Positions 40,096 through 53,309 of a stretch of DNA of 64,000 nucleotides are shown piece after piece; the stretch's first letter is position 1; every line of letters starts with the position of its first letter. The notes under the pieces are model-generated. The model saw only the letters and a program-made list of their open reading frames with translations, had not been told where the DNA came from and ran no database searches. Made by a program: the position numbers and the translations under genes. The DNA is from Octopus sinensis (lineage: Eukaryota), in NCBI RefSeq assembly GCF_006345805.1, contig NC_042999.1, positions 74,214,001-74,278,000 on the forward strand, written 5' to 3'.

Positions 40096-41760
40096 AGTTC
40101 TTAGTAAAACTTATTCGTTCAAACATTGGACTACATAAATGGTCTTTTCCTTGTAAATGCAAATTAAACTCAGCTATCATTTCGGTGATATCTACTAAGA
40201 AAGACAGATCATTCAACCATTCTTCATTTGTTAAAAAATATACACTTTGTTTTGTTTTGCATGAACTGTTTCATTTCAGGCAACAATAACTGAAATCTGT
40301 TCAAAGTTGCTATTTTACTGAGCCGTCTGATTTTTGAGAAATAAATAACGTCTTCATACTCACTGCCGACTTCTAGCAAGTATACTTTGAATGTACGATG
40401 ATTCAAGCCCCGGGATCTGATAAAATTAACAACGTTCACAATATCTGTTATCAACTGTTTCATATTTAATTTTTTTAGCACATAATCAAGCAATGATAGC
40501 TAAGTATACCATGATCAACCATTTCTTTGAATAAAGTAATAAACTCATGCAGGAGCACCATCAATTAATTTTATTTCTATGAACATTTAACTTTTTTAAT
40601 GATAAATTAACATGCTCAGTTATGTCCCTGCCAGTTGTTGCACCCTTCATATGACACACGTCTAATATTTCTTTAATGATATTAAAATTGACATTCCTCT
40701 GATGAAAATAACCAATTGTACAGTGTCACTTTGATCAGTACTTTCAACCAATGCTAAACTGTAATGAACACATTTAGCTAGTTGAGTCTGCAATATACCC
40801 ACAACACTGTCAGCTAAGTCATTAATTCTTTTGATGCGACAGACTCGTTTCATTGAATAAGTTCACCTCGGAGAAATATTCATTAAAAGCAATTACTATA
40901 CATTATGTTATTAATTTGCCATCTATCAGTGGCTTACCATTCTGAGTCAATATTTCAGCTATTAAATAACTAACTTTTGTACATGTACCAGTTTTCCCAA
41001 CATGTTTTTTAAAATTGTATTGATGTTAACTAAGTTTCTTCTTCAATTCATCTATTTTCATTTTCCTTCTTTCTCCGTCTAATTCATTATATTGTGACTC
41101 ATATTTGGCAGCATAATGACGCTTAATATTATATTCCTTGCATACAGCAATTTTATCATTACATATGAGGTAGATAATATTATTGCATGTTTCAATTACG
41201 AAATATTTTTCTGTCTGTTCCTCTTTTTAGTATCAGATGCCATGACTAAATAATAGGTTACTAAAATTAGCAATTAAAATTATTACGTAATCATGCTGAT
41301 ATTAATGTTCCAGAAATCAGAAACAAATAAAGAATAAATAGGATCCTCTGCATAAAGCATTAATATTAGGCTTAACCTAGACTAGAAACACTGAAGTACC
41401 ATTGAAGTCACTATCACTTGACATTGTAAACAAGGTTAGGAAATAACACAATCAATATTGATCCGACCGCAAAAGATTTGAAACTGAAACAATGGCTGTT
41501 AATTATGCATCAACAAAATGGCTGACTCTACGTAAAGTCAGCCATTCTACGTCATAAACCCCACGGCTTCCCTCTTTTTACCTCCCTCTATTGAGGTTTT
41601 CATTGGTCCGTTCAAAATAGCACACGCTGAGAATAATTTTCTCATCATAAATTATCAAAGTAAATGAAAATATAACTAGAAAATAACACAAAGAATTAGA
41701 ATTTGAATTGCTAGTGGGCCGCATGAGAATATTAAATGGGACACAAAGCAGCCCGCGGCT
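40096..41760 (-). mobile_element. Degraded hAT transposon (Charlie/SPIN/GTF2IRD2-like transposase)
   Basis: YSLAL.ESTD.SDT.QL.IFIRG, IVNVVNFIRSRGLNHR.F, DLSFLVDIT....FNL.LQGK. Boundaries approximate. Confidence 0.8.
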
Positions 41761-41889
41761 ATGGCGAAAGCGGTTGTGTGGTGAACGCGTCTGAAAGAGT
41801 TGAAAACAGGCATTTTCCTCTTCGGCCAAAGACTCATTAACTTTTGGGGTTCCACCTGAAAAGAAAGGTGAGGGTGGAGAGGGAGGTAC

Positions 41890-42208
41890 TGTCACCCAGT
41901 AACTTCGTTGAAAGGTGGGTGAATGTAGCGAGGATGGGCCTACACTAAGGATGCACTTGTAGGCTAGGGAGAGTGAAGAGAAGGGGGGTGTTTGCTTGAG
42001 GAGTCCTGTGTGATCGGGGTATCGATGGTGTGCGGGCTTTCCTTGGACGCTTCTGTCTGGATTTCACCCCGATTGGGGAACTTAATTGTTTGAATTCTAT
42101 TAAATGTTTTTGTTTACTATTTACACGCATCGTCTAAACCCCACCGTCCCTTGTTTGTTTTGTATAATGTCCTTTTGTTTTCGTCTGGGCTCTTGTAGCC
42201 AATAAAGA

Positions 42209-42212
<4 letters not shown>
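41890..42212 (+). mobile_element. Short 3' end of a Tx1-like LINE
   Basis: [10 protein letters not shown] end as in the copies at 47.1 and 47.8 kb; ends CCAATAAAGAAAG before (TAT)n. Confidence 0.6.
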
Positions 42213-42240
<28 letters not shown>

Positions 42241-42549
42241 GAAACGTCAGCACACAGGCAAAATGCTTAATGGCATTTCGACCGTCTTTACATTTTAAGT
42301 TCAAATTGTGCCGGGGTCGAGTTTGCTTTCATCCTTTCGGGGTCGAGTTTGCTTTCATCCTTTCGGGGTCGATAAATTGAGTACCAGTGAAACACTGAGG
42401 TCGATGAAATCGATTTTCCCCCTACCCCAAATTTCAGACCTTGTGCCTTTAGTAGAAAGGATTATCATTATTATTTTGGTTTGGCTCGAGTTCGGTCTTA
42501 TTCCTGGTAGGATTTATGTGGGTAAGGGGTATTACCTGCAACCTTAGAT

Positions 42550-43330
42550 ATCCACAAGTTTTCAGCAATCTTTCAAGTTCTCAGGACCCTTCTGATAATT
42601 CTTGCTGTTCCTAAGAATACACAAACTTTCTTTAGGAGCTCTGTCGGGCATATTGCAACCGTTTTCAGCCATTTGTCTATATCTTTGCTTACCTTTCCCA
42701 ACGCACCGATTATTATAGGCACTACCTTTATTGTTTGCATGCTCCAAATTCTTCCTGTTTCAAATTCTAAAGCATTGTATTTTTCTTTTCGTCCTCTTTC
42801 TTTATGATCCTGGAATCAAACTTGCATAAGTAAACAAGTTCGCTTTTCCTTATCTATAATTGTTTTCTGGTCTATCATTTTCTAACTTCTAATCCGTTTC
42901 ATTAGGAAAGTCCCACAAAATTTTACGTTTCTCCGACTCCAGTACTCTTTCGACTCGATTGTTGTGCCATGTGTTTCCTGCTTTAAATCCCCATTTCTGT
43001 CACAGTTTCCAGTGTAAAACTTTTACAACCTGGTCATACCTCCATTTCTTATATTCTTCTCGTGCTAATTTCAGGCATTTTGTCACAATGTGTGTCACTG
43101 TCTCATCCCAAGTTCCATAAGCTCTACATTTTTCTGACACATTCTCTCCATATATATTTTTTCTCAAATTGTTTGTTTTTATTGCTTGATCTTGAGCTTC
43201 TACAATTAGGCTCTCTGAAGCTTTTTTGTAATTGTCTCTTTTTTAACCAAGCCCAGGATTTTGTTCTACACACGTCTCCAGCAGCTCTCCAAAATTGGCC
43301 ATGCAAAGTAGTCAAACCAGCCTCCGGATG
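42550..43330 (-). mobile_element. 3' fragment of R4/Dong-clade LINE
   Basis: Minus strand KILWDF...D..LENDRP, FDSRIIKKEDEK, RIWSMQTIKVVPIIIGALG. Confidence 0.78.
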
Positions 43331-44788
43331 CCAGTAATTATTTCTACTCTAGTCACAAGCCTTGAAAATTTTTGGGGAAGGGAGTGAGTCGATTATATCG
43401 ACCCCAATGCGTAACTGGTATTTATTTAATCGACACCGAAAGGATGAAAGGCAAAGTCGACCTCGGCGGAATTTGAACTCAGAACGTAACGGCAGACGAA
43501 ATGCGGCTACGCATATTGCCCGGCGTGCTAACGTTTCTACCAGCTCGCCGCCTTCCCGGATGCTCATAAAAATACTGAATATGTCATGTTTTCTAACAAT
43601 TGAAGTCGAACACCCATTTTTCAGAGAAATGCAGTCAGTTACAGTGTGTTTAAAAGTCATATCTAGGAGTGGTTTGGAATGACAAATACTGTGATACATA
43701 TAATACAATATCATGAGTAATATGGGCTTTACGTAGGCCATTATATGAGATTTTTGTACACACACCCACATACCCACACACGCACACACACATACGTAGA
43801 TATACGTAAACGAAAGGCTTATTTCGGTGTCTCTCTGTCAAATCCACTCACAAAAGCTTTGGTCGGCCATGTACTATAATAGAAAATACTTGCCCAAAGT
43901 AGTATCACGCTGTGGGGCTGAACCTGGGCCCATATGATTGGGAAGCAAATTTCTTACCACACAGCCGAGCCTATATTAATGTCTGTGTTTATGTCTAGGT
44001 ATAATCCTTTCTACAACAGACACAAGGCCCAAAATTTGTGAGTGTATCATTAGTTCAAGTTCCTGGAGTTGTTTCCGAGTTGTTCGAGCGCTATGAGGTC
44101 TTGGTTGTCTTGCTGCAGAAGAGCTCACTTTCTGTTAACCAACGCCGGGTATTTTCATGTCACAATGCTATACATCCGTGAGATGCCGAGCTCGCCTGCT
44201 ACTCTCTGAAAATAGCACACATCCTCGCAAAACAATTTCAGTACAGTAATAATAAGAGCATCCCCTTCTGTTTTTGTCTCTCCCCACATAGTCTAGATGC
44301 ATGTCCAAGGTAGCATTCCAATCCCCCACTAAAAGTAAAGGACGAGACGTTCCCAGGAATACTTCTAGACGTCGAAAGAAATCCGGCCGACCTGTTAAAA
44401 GCGGTGCGTAGACTGATACGAGTCGAAAAGCGCACCCATTGCTGCCGTCGACATCCAGGACGACCAGTCTACCCTCCCGGTCTACAAATATCGTCTTGAC
44501 TTCGAGATCCAGGCCCTTGTAAAAAAGTACCGCGGTGCCACTACCGCCCATCCTCGGCAGACAGGGAGAAAAATAAATGTTTAAACTGTCAGCCAGACTT
44601 TAGGGTCCGTGGATCGTGGAGTCTGGTCTCACTTATGGCTATGATTCCCAAATAGTGTGACTTGATGTCATTTGGGAGGTACCCTTGTTTCCAAGGAGAC
44701 CCCAAGCCACGCGCATTCACACAACCAATCTTGACCATGATCCTATTGAGGTGTGTGCTTTAAAACACAAAAAGGAAGGTACAGAGAG

Positions 44789-45070
44789 TTACTTACTTGT
44801 GTCGAAAGTTTTGGCTTCCTCGTCCTTTGATGTGTCTTGGAGGAGGTTTTTATAGAGTTTTTTCGATAGATACTTTTGGAACCCCCCAACCGCATTTGGA
44901 AAGAGGGCTTTGAGTGTGTGGTGTTGTGTTTGTGTGATGTGTAGTATCTTGATGTGTTTGGGTGTAGTGCGTGGATGGTTGTTAGTTTTGAAGTCATCTT
45001 CACAGATGTTTGTGTGGGCTATGATGTACTCCATTAGTTTTGAGTCTTTGGTGACTATCGCTGATAACAT
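44789..45070 (-). CDS. 93-aa extra ORF between ORF1 and ORF2 (copy C), function unknown
   Basis: About 52 of 93 residues identical (manual alignment) to the ORF at 51283-51564. Confidence 0.6.
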   Translation of the reverse strand: MLSAIVTKDSKLMEYIIAHTNICEDDFKTNNHPRTTPKHIKILHITQTQHHTLKALFPNAVGGFQKYLSKKLYKNLLQDTSKDEEAKTFDTSK

Positions 45071-45175
45071 TGTGTGTGTTTTTGTGGTGTTGGTGCTGGT
45101 TTGGTTGTGTAAGGAGCTTTCAGGGTACAGATATCTACCTGCTTTAGTTGCATTTTCTTGTTTGTTTGTTTTTTT

Positions 45176-46729
45176 TTATCTTTTTCTTTTACCCCCGGTG
45201 GCTATTTGCCATTCTGTCGAACTTTCGTCGTTAAACGAAAAGTCTGACAAATCAGAAGGGGGTAAAGGCAAAGCGTTTGCATCTATATGTGTGTTTGTAG
45301 AAGATGTTGTTGTTTTGTGTGGTGTTTGTGTTGTTGGGGTATTAGGGGCATAATTTGTCTTTTCGTCATTGTTATTTGTTTTCTTGGTTGTTGTTCTTGG
45401 TGCTGGTGTTGGTGTTGGTCTGACTTTTGATGGTGGTAGTGTTGTTTCTCTAGTTAGTTGCGATGTTGAAGGTAATTGTGATGGAGTTGATTCTCTTCTT
45501 GGTGATGTGGTTGGTGAGGGGGAAACAGTTTTTGCATCATCTGCTGTTTTTCCTGTCTTTTGTGTTGAAGGTGGTGTAGGTAGCAGGGGTTTTCTTCCAG
45601 GTTTTGGGAGTGGTTGCTGTTGCCTATTTCTGGCAGCAGTTGGGCAATCATATCTGAGGTGTGCCTCACTGTTGCACAAATAGCATCTTGGCCTCCTGCC
45701 CTTCACCACTACATACAATCTTTGGTCTTTTGCCAGTTGAACACTGGTTGGTAAATTGTTTATTGCTTCTTGGGAGATTTGAAGCAATATTTCAAGCTTT
45801 TTATCAGTCCAGCTTTCCTCTGGAATGTCGGCGATTTTTAAAATATCTTCTTCTTCTATATCGAAGCAGATGGCCGATACCAGCCACTGGGTATCCACTT
45901 CTGGAGGCACATTGTTTATTGTTATTTTCGTTACTCTGCGCCCAAGATAGCTAGGTACCATTGTTACTTGGTCTGTGCGCAGAGTAAGAGTGGAAAACTT
46001 CTTTGCTAGTTCTTCCGTATGGAAGCGAACTTGCACGGTAGCAAATTTACACCCCCAATTCACATAATTTCGGAACTTCCACACAGAAGCGAGACACTTC
46101 TCAATCTTTTCTGTAGCTGGGCTTTCTGGTCTCTTTGTTTTGGTGTTGAGCATTTTGTAGATGATGGTCTTCTTTTGTGTTTCTTCTAAAATGTTCCGTG
46201 GAATATTTAAATGTATTGTGTCGCCTTCTTTGGTGAGCAAGGACTTTGTGTCTTGTATTTGTTGATGAGTAAATTTTAAGATTCTTCTTTTCGGTCGTAT
46301 TGCTTCCTCGAAATTCGTGGTGTTTTTTGTGGAGGTGGTGGTGGTGGTCATGGTGGTGGTGGTGTTGGTGGTGATGTTTGTGGCAGAGTCGTTCGTAGTA
46401 GGAGTAGATAACTGTGAAGTCGGGTTGTTTACCAGTTTTTGTGTAGCGGCGGTGTTAGCGTCCATGCTCACACTTGCGCCTGTGTTGCTTTTCTCCATTT
46501 CCCCTCCTTCATGAAATTGTTGTGAAGGCAGTGTAGGGAAATCAACGTCGTAAGCGTTTGTCAACGATGGTGTCGGTGTTGATGGTGGATTCATTGGTTG
46601 CGGTGACGGTGATTGGCCTTGCGACCTTGGTTTTAGTGTTGTTGTTGGTAGTGGTATCGTTAGCAGAGGAAGCAGTTGTAGTAGCACAAGCTGCCATGGT
46701 GGTGGTGTTGGTGTTGATGGTGGAATCAT
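45176..46729 (-). CDS. Tx1-like ORF1 (gag-like nucleic-acid-binding protein), 517 aa open
   Basis: Thr/Pro-rich flanks, central YLGRRVTKI.I.N.PPE domain, Zn knuckle RCYLCNSEAHLRYDCP, acidic-then-basic tail DESSTEWQIATGGKRKR*. Confidence 0.8.
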   Translation of the reverse strand: MIPPSTPTPPPWQLVLLQLLPLLTIPLPTTTLKPRSQGQSPSPQPMNPPSTPTPSLTNAYDVDFPTLPSQQFHEGGEMEKSNTGASVSMDANTAATQKLVNNPTSQLSTPTTNDSATNITTNTTTTMTTTTTSTKNTTNFEEAIRPKRRILKFTHQQIQDTKSLLTKEGDTIHLNIPRNILEETQKKTIIYKMLNTKTKRPESPATEKIEKCLASVWKFRNYVNWGCKFATVQVRFHTEELAKKFSTLTLRTDQVTMVPSYLGRRVTKITINNVPPEVDTQWLVSAICFDIEEEDILKIADIPEESWTDKKLEILLQISQEAINNLPTSVQLAKDQRLYVVVKGRRPRCYLCNSEAHLRYDCPTAARNRQQQPLPKPGRKPLLPTPPSTQKTGKTADDAKTVSPSPTTSPRRESTPSQLPSTSQLTRETTLPPSKVRPTPTPAPRTTTKKTNNNDEKTNYAPNTPTTQTPHKTTTSSTNTHIDANALPLPPSDLSDFSFNDESSTEWQIATGGKRKR

Positions 46730-46944
46730 TGGTGGTGGTTACGGTAATTGGCGCTGTGACCTTGGTTTTGTTGTTGTTGCTGTTGTTGATGCTGATGGTG
46801 GTGGTGGTGGTGGTAGTGGTGGTGGTGTTAGTGTCGTTCAAACTGTCAGGTCCAACGTTTAGTGGCAGGGAATCTTGCTCTTTTATTTCGGCGTCACGCT
46901 TGACTTGCGCCTTGGCTTCGTGGTGACAAAAGAGGAAAAAAACG

Positions 46945-47240
46945 ATCAACAGGGATCGTGTATCACAGTGTCATGATGTAAGGTGTAAGGGGGAAGCAGA
47001 TAAGGTTTATCCGTGGGAAGAAAAGCCTACGGAAAAGACCACGGTAACCTCGATCAATATTGTTACATGTTACCACATTTGTTTGCAAGTAGGTAACCCT
47101 CTGTTTTAAATTTCCGGGTTCATAGGATTATGCTCAAGGTGGCTTCGTCATTCATACGTGCCATCCTTGCTACATTCACCCATCTTTTTTTAAAACATTC
47201 GCTAGACAAAACTTGCCTCTCTACTCTCACTTCCTTTTCA
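46945..47240 (-). mobile_element. Short 3' fragment of Tx1-like LINE (copy B)
   Basis: [27 protein letters not shown]...*, with a 3' UTR homologous to 47560-47700. Confidence 0.8.
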
Positions 47241-47449
<209 letters not shown>

Positions 47450-48486
47450 TTTCTTTATTGACCACAGATGCTGAATACAGAGGGGACAAATACAAATGTA
47501 GAGCATTTCTTTTCGAAAATGAAAAGGAAAAAGGAAAAAAAAGAGAAAAAAATGTAAGATTCCGATCAAAGGGGATCGGAATAAAAAAAAAGAAAAGAAA
47601 CAAAAAAGGATCGTGTATCACAGAAGAAATTTTTAAAATATAAGAAGCAAGATTAGGTTTATCCGTGGAAAGAAAAGCCTATGGAAAAGACCACAGTAAC
47701 CTCAGGCAAGGAGGGAATAAACACATGAGAGCAAAGTGCTCTCTCTCTCTCTTTCCCTCCCTCCCTCTTTCTCTTTTTACGATTTATAGGATCATGCTCA
47801 TAGTGGTTTCGTCGCTCGCACGCACCATCTTTGCTACATTCACCCACCTTTTTTTGGAAACTTTCACGAGACATAACCTGCTTCTCCAGTCTCACCTTCC
47901 TTTTTAAGTGGTACTTGAAAAAGTTGATGAGCGATTGGCCAGAGAGGTAAGTGTTTGTCTCTAATCCTTTCGCACGAGTCCACCACACATATTCTTTCAC
48001 CATAGTCACCATAAACTGCCTTGCCTTCCGGTTGAGGGAAAGTGGCGGAGCAATTGTCACGATAGACTCATCCGACAGGCGAACTCGTGCCACACGTGAC
48101 CAGCAGCCGTTCGGCATAAACTCACGGGTCCGAAATGGTTGGACACTGCACGAGAGCGTGCAGAACGGTTTCGTTGCTCTGACCGCATCTCGGGCAAGTC
48201 GGTCTGGTGTGTCTCGAACTGTGCCTGTAGAGCTTATCCCGAACAGGTAATGCTTCTCGATAGCACTGCCAGGCCAGGGATCTTTGGTGATTGTCCATAG
48301 GTCCCGGCCGAAAGTTATCCTGAACAAGCAGGTCAGGTGTTCCTCGTCGACGCCCAGATTCTGCCCGAGAAAGTCGTCGCACCTCCCCTCCACTAATCCT
48401 CTATAGAACGCCATTGTTGTAATGAAGTCGCACAAGTTTGGTCCCGGACGGCAGAGTTGTTTGAGAGCAACGTGACACTCGCGGTG

Positions 48487-49803
48487 CTATTCGCCTAGCC
48501 TCGGTCTCTGTTTGATCCATGACTCTAGTTCAGCCAAGGAGACGAGCTGCGGGAAAGCGCGCCGCACAAACGGCGACCACACCTGTTTACTGTCGTCTAT
48601 GATGCGTCGAAGATGTCGCAGTCCCAGCACATGTCTGCGCATCATCACCCACGGCATGCCTAGCCCTCCATTTAGCATGAGTTGACAGCAAATGGATCGC
48701 CTAACCATCGGAATACTTCCCTTCCACAGGAAGCGGAAGAGTATGCGTTCTAGTTTGGTGATGGTAGGATCGGGACAAGACACGACGGTCAGACGGTACT
48801 CGATGACGGATGCGATGTACGCGTTCGCCACCTCCGCCCGACCTTTTAGGGATAGCTTCCTCTCGGCCCATTGATGGGTGCGAGTGGCCACCCTAGTCGT
48901 TATTTCGCCCCAGTTCTTCTCCTTTTGGAGGTCCGGACCGAACCAGACTCCGAGCAATTTAACCGATCCCTCGGTCCAGCGTCCCACGATGGAGACGCTG
49001 TTGGACGGCATGGGCTTGCTTCTCCAGGTGCCGATCCACAAGGCCACTGACTTTTCCCGGTTAATTTTTTCTCCCGTTACCGCTTCGTTTTCTTTTAGTG
49101 TCTCGCCGACCAGGTCGGTATGCTTGTGGCTCAAGACAATGACGGTGACATCGTCCACGTATGCAGACACGCTCCTCCCGCATCCCAGCCCTCGTGGGAT
49201 GCCCCTCAGCGTCGCCAGCTTCGGCAGTAGTAGCTCAAGAGTCAATACATACAGAAGCGACGAGAGGGGACATCCTTGAAGAACCGAATGCATGATGTTA
49301 AATGGTCTGGATAGATGACCATTTACGCGAACTACCGAGCGGATGCCGCTGTATAAGGCAGCGATCCAACCGTGGAACATGGGATCGAAACCAGCCGCTT
49401 TAAGGATAACTTCCAAGTAGTGATGGTCTACCGTATCGAAAGCTTTTGATTGATCCAAATTGATCAGCGCCCCACTCATGCCAGGATCCTTAACTATGAT
49501 ATAGCGCATCAGATGGAGGTTGTCATGGATACTTCTGTCTGGCATGGCGTACGTTTGCACCTTGTCGACTAGTTTTTCGATGACAAGCGCCAACCTCTCG
49601 GCTAACACCTTGGTCAGGATTTTCAAATCTGCGTTGAGCAGAGTGATGGGCCTGAAGTTATCTATGACGTTCCCCTTGTTTGGATCTTTCTTTAGCAGTG
49701 CCACTACTCCTCGCTTTACAAAGACGGGGATACTCGTAGACAGCTGCCAAGACGCCTCCAAACAAGTCTGACATCTGAAATTAAAATTCGTAGGGCAGAC
49801 CAT
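48487..49803 (-). pseudogene. Reverse transcriptase domain of Tx1-like ORF2 (438-aa open segment)
   Basis: NFRPITLLNADLKIL, LDQSKAFDTVDH, VLQGCPLS, AYVDD, KLLGVWFG. Confidence 0.9.
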
Positions 49804-51209
49804 CCAAGCCTGGTGACTTGTCTCTCGCGCAGCCTGCTATCGTATCCCGTACGTCTGCGGCTGTGATGGGTCTTTCACAACACTCCGCCTCTCTTGCTGA
49901 GAGTCGTGGAAGGCCATGCAAGTAAGCACTAAAGTTCACTCTGCGTCCTGACCCACCAGTCGTCCCAAACAGTCGGGCAAAGTGTTATTGAAAGGCTTCA
50001 CGCATCCTTTCAGGCTCGAGTAATTCGCGCCCCTGTAAGTGACCTAATCGTTGCTCTGTTACATCGTTGCGCCTCCGCCACTCGGGCCTCTCGGGCGGCT
50101 CAACTCCTTCGTTCCTCAGATCACGCATCCTAGCTCTGACAACGCATCTTTCGTGTTTGGCGTTGAAGTGTTGGTCGAAGGCCAACCTCGCTGCCAGTAC
50201 GTTGGACGCGATGCCAGTCCTAAGTGCCTCTTCTAATTTCTTAACTAGGTCTCCCTCTATTCTATTTCGGTCTAATGCTAGGGCCTTACTGTACAAAACC
50301 GATTCTGCTTTAATTGCTTTCTTTAGAGCATACCACCATCTGTTGTTGATTATGGCACCCGTCAATGCTCTCTTAACTAATGTGCTAATCCGGTCCCTGT
50401 AAGTCTGGCGTGCCGTGAACGACGCGTTCAGCTTCCAGTAACCGGGACGCTGCCTATGTGTCTTATCTAAGTCAAGTGCACAAGTCACAAATTTGTGGTC
50501 TGTGTAGCTGACTATATGGAATTGTGGACAACCTACACTATCCTTATCCACTGTCCTCCAGAATAATCTAAGTACGATCTGGACGACCCGATGCGGTTGC
50601 TCCATGCCCACATTGGCACATTCATGTGGTCGAGTCGGTACCTGTCAGACAGTTGGAAACGTCTGAGCAGGTCTTTAAGGCATTTGCATCCCCTCCTATT
50701 ACTATCTCTGCCCACGTAGTATAGATGCGTGTCCAGGGTAGCGTTTCAATCCCCCACTAAAAGTAAAGGTCGAGACGTTCCCAGGCAAACCTCTAGACGT
50801 TCAAAGAAATCTGGCCAACCTATTAAGGACAGTGCATAAACTGTTATCATTCTAAAAGCACACCCATTGCTGCCATCGACATCCAGGACGACCAGCCTAC
50901 CCCCCGGGTCTATGAAAATTGCTCTTACTTTGAGGTCCAAACTCTTCCGAAGGAACACCGCAGTGTAACCACCGCCCATTCTCGGCAGACGCGGAGAAAA
51001 ATAAATGTCGGAATGTGCGCTGAGTGCTGGAGTGCCTGCGGGCTGTTGAGTCTGGTCTCACTGATGGCTATGGTATGCAGGTTTTGTGACTTGATGTCGT
51101 TTAACAGGTAGCCATGTTTCCAAGGCGACCCAAGCCACGTACATTTATACTGCCTATTTTGAGCATGTTCCTATAGAAAGTTGCGTTTTACACACAAAAG
51201 GAAGACGAA

Positions 51210-51282
<73 letters not shown>

Positions 51283-51564
51283 TCACTTACTGTCTGAAAG
51301 TTCTTTGTTTTTCACCTCACAGTTTTCTCCCAGAAGGTTTTTGTACAGTTTTTTGGACAGGTATTTTTGAAATCTCCCAGCTTCATCAGGGTAGAGAGAT
51401 TTCAGGATGCTGTGTGTGTTCTGTGTTATGTGTATGATTTTGATGTGTTGTGATGGTGTTGTGCGTGGGTGATTCTTTGTTTTGGTATCATTTTCTTTTA
51501 GGTTGGTGTTTGACCTTATGTATTCCCTTAGGTCTGGGTTGTTGGTACTTATGGCTGTCAACAT
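51283..51564 (-). CDS. 93-aa extra ORF between ORF1 and ORF2 (copy A), function unknown
   Basis: Homologous to 44789-45070: ML.AI.., NHPRTTP, HIKI.HITQ, FQKYLSKKLYKNLL, ..SK*. Confidence 0.6.
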   Translation of the reverse strand: MLTAISTNNPDLREYIRSNTNLKENDTKTKNHPRTTPSQHIKIIHITQNTHSILKSLYPDEAGRFQKYLSKKLYKNLLGENCEVKNKELSDSK

Positions 51565-53208
51565 TGTTGCGGGGATTAGTGTATTTGTGTTGATGCTTGT
51601 GTTTTCTGCGGGTGTTTTGGTTTCGGGAGTGGTAGACCTCCCTGCTCTGCTTATCTGCTTCTCTATTCTTTTTTACCCCTTTTTCTCCTTCCCCCTATGG
51701 CCACTTGCCAATCCTCCGTGTCGTCTTCATCTGACGACATGTTGGAGGAATCAGAAGGTGGGAGGGGTAGTGTATTGGGGTCTGTTTCTGAGTGTGTTGA
51801 CTTTGTTGTGTTGATGCTGGTTGGTGACAGTTGGGGTGTGGTGTATGGGTTTTTGGTGGTGGGGTATGAGTCTTTTTGGTTTTCTCTTCCTCCTTTGAAG
51901 TTGTTGTTGTTGGTGGTGGTGATGATGGTGTTGTTTCTGTTCTTGGTGGCGCTGGTGGTGGTGTTGTTTGGTTGGGCTGACTTATTGGTTGATGATGTTC
52001 CTTCATTTGTTTGTAGAGCTGTTTAATTAGTTATGCATATGGTTTCCTGCACGATTTTTGGTTTTCTTGTGGTTGTTGTGGTTTTTCATGATCTTGTTGT
52101 CGTTGTTGTTGCTGTTGTTGTTTCTGTGCTAGTGGGCACGTAATTTGGAAGCGTGCTTTGCTACCACAAACGTAGCAACGTGGCTTTCTGCCTTCGACGG
52201 CCACATGTAAATTCGAATCCTCTCTCAATTGGATTCGATGTGGAGTTTTTTTGAAAATCATCGAATTAATTTGAGCAAGGATTTCGATTTCTTCGCCAAT
52301 GCAGTTTTGCTGGTCCACGACAGCGATTTCCACGATATGTATTTCGCCCTCGATGTCATAGCAAATGGCGGACACGAGCCATTTTATTTCTATTTCAGAA
52401 GGCATATTCTTTATTTTAATTTTTGTGACCCTACGGCCAAGGTATGTGGGGATCATCAGTAAATTTTCAAATTGGAAGGACTTTGTGGAGAGGTTCTTGG
52501 CTCTTTCTTTACTGTCGAAACAAACTTCAATCGTGGCAAATCTGTTTCCCTCGTGATGTAGTCTTTAAAGGCCCATATAGGCCTTAAACATTTTTCAACA
52601 TTTTCTTGAGTGGCCTTTTCGTATAGCCTTGTTTTTAGGTTGAGTGTCCTCTAAATAATTGGGGTTTCTTTTCCGTGAGGTTTTGTGGTGTCTGTAGTTG
52701 TATGCTGAGGTCGTCTTTTTCTAACATTGCATTACAAACGAGTAGTTCTTCTTTGGAAAAGCACATGACTGTTTCCTTTAATTTTAAAGCTGCGGCAAAA
52801 TTGTTTTCGGTATTCGTGTTGGTTGTGGTGGTGATTGCGGTAGTGGTGGTAGCAGTGGTAGAGCCAGTGATTATAGTAGCAGAAGCACTCGTGCCTTCTA
52901 AGGCTTGTGTGCGTTCTCGCGGAACGGCTTTGCTTTCAGCTTGCTTCGCCTCTAGCATTGGTAGAGGCGGGAAGTCGGTCTCATGGTTTCTTAGCCCTAT
53001 TTGTTTCGAAATATGGCAAGGAAATCGAAGAAAATAGAAATGTAAATAGGTTTTAAACTGCCCCTAGGGGTCAGTTCCTCCCTTGAAAACACACTCAAAC
53101 GAAAGCTGGGTGTTTTACACACCCTGTGTGCAAAAATTGAATCAAAATGTGTGCAATAAAAAGTCGAAAAAAGGGGTCACCTACGGAGCCGATGCGACAT
53201 CACGTCAG

Positions 53209-53309
<101 letters not shown>

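Larger units (their letters stand above)
44270..46940 (-). mobile_element. Tx1/L1-like LINE copy C: ORF1, extra ORF, start of ORF2 (APE); 3'-truncated
   Basis: ORF1 with CCHC knuckle; ORF2 starts MVKIGCVNARGLG at 44738, then SGTAVL, FRLVSVYAP, LLVGDWNA (AP endonuclease). Confidence 0.88.
47450..53208 (-). mobile_element. Apparently full-length (~5.8 kb) Tx1/L1-like LINE copy A, frameshifted, flanked by (GATA)n on both sides
   Basis: ORF1 pieces 52958-51695; ORF2 from ATG 51166 (MLKIGSINVRGLG), APE motifs, RT, C-terminal CPRCGQSNETVLHALVQCP; AATAAA at 47459-47454 just before the TATC tract. Confidence 0.92.
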
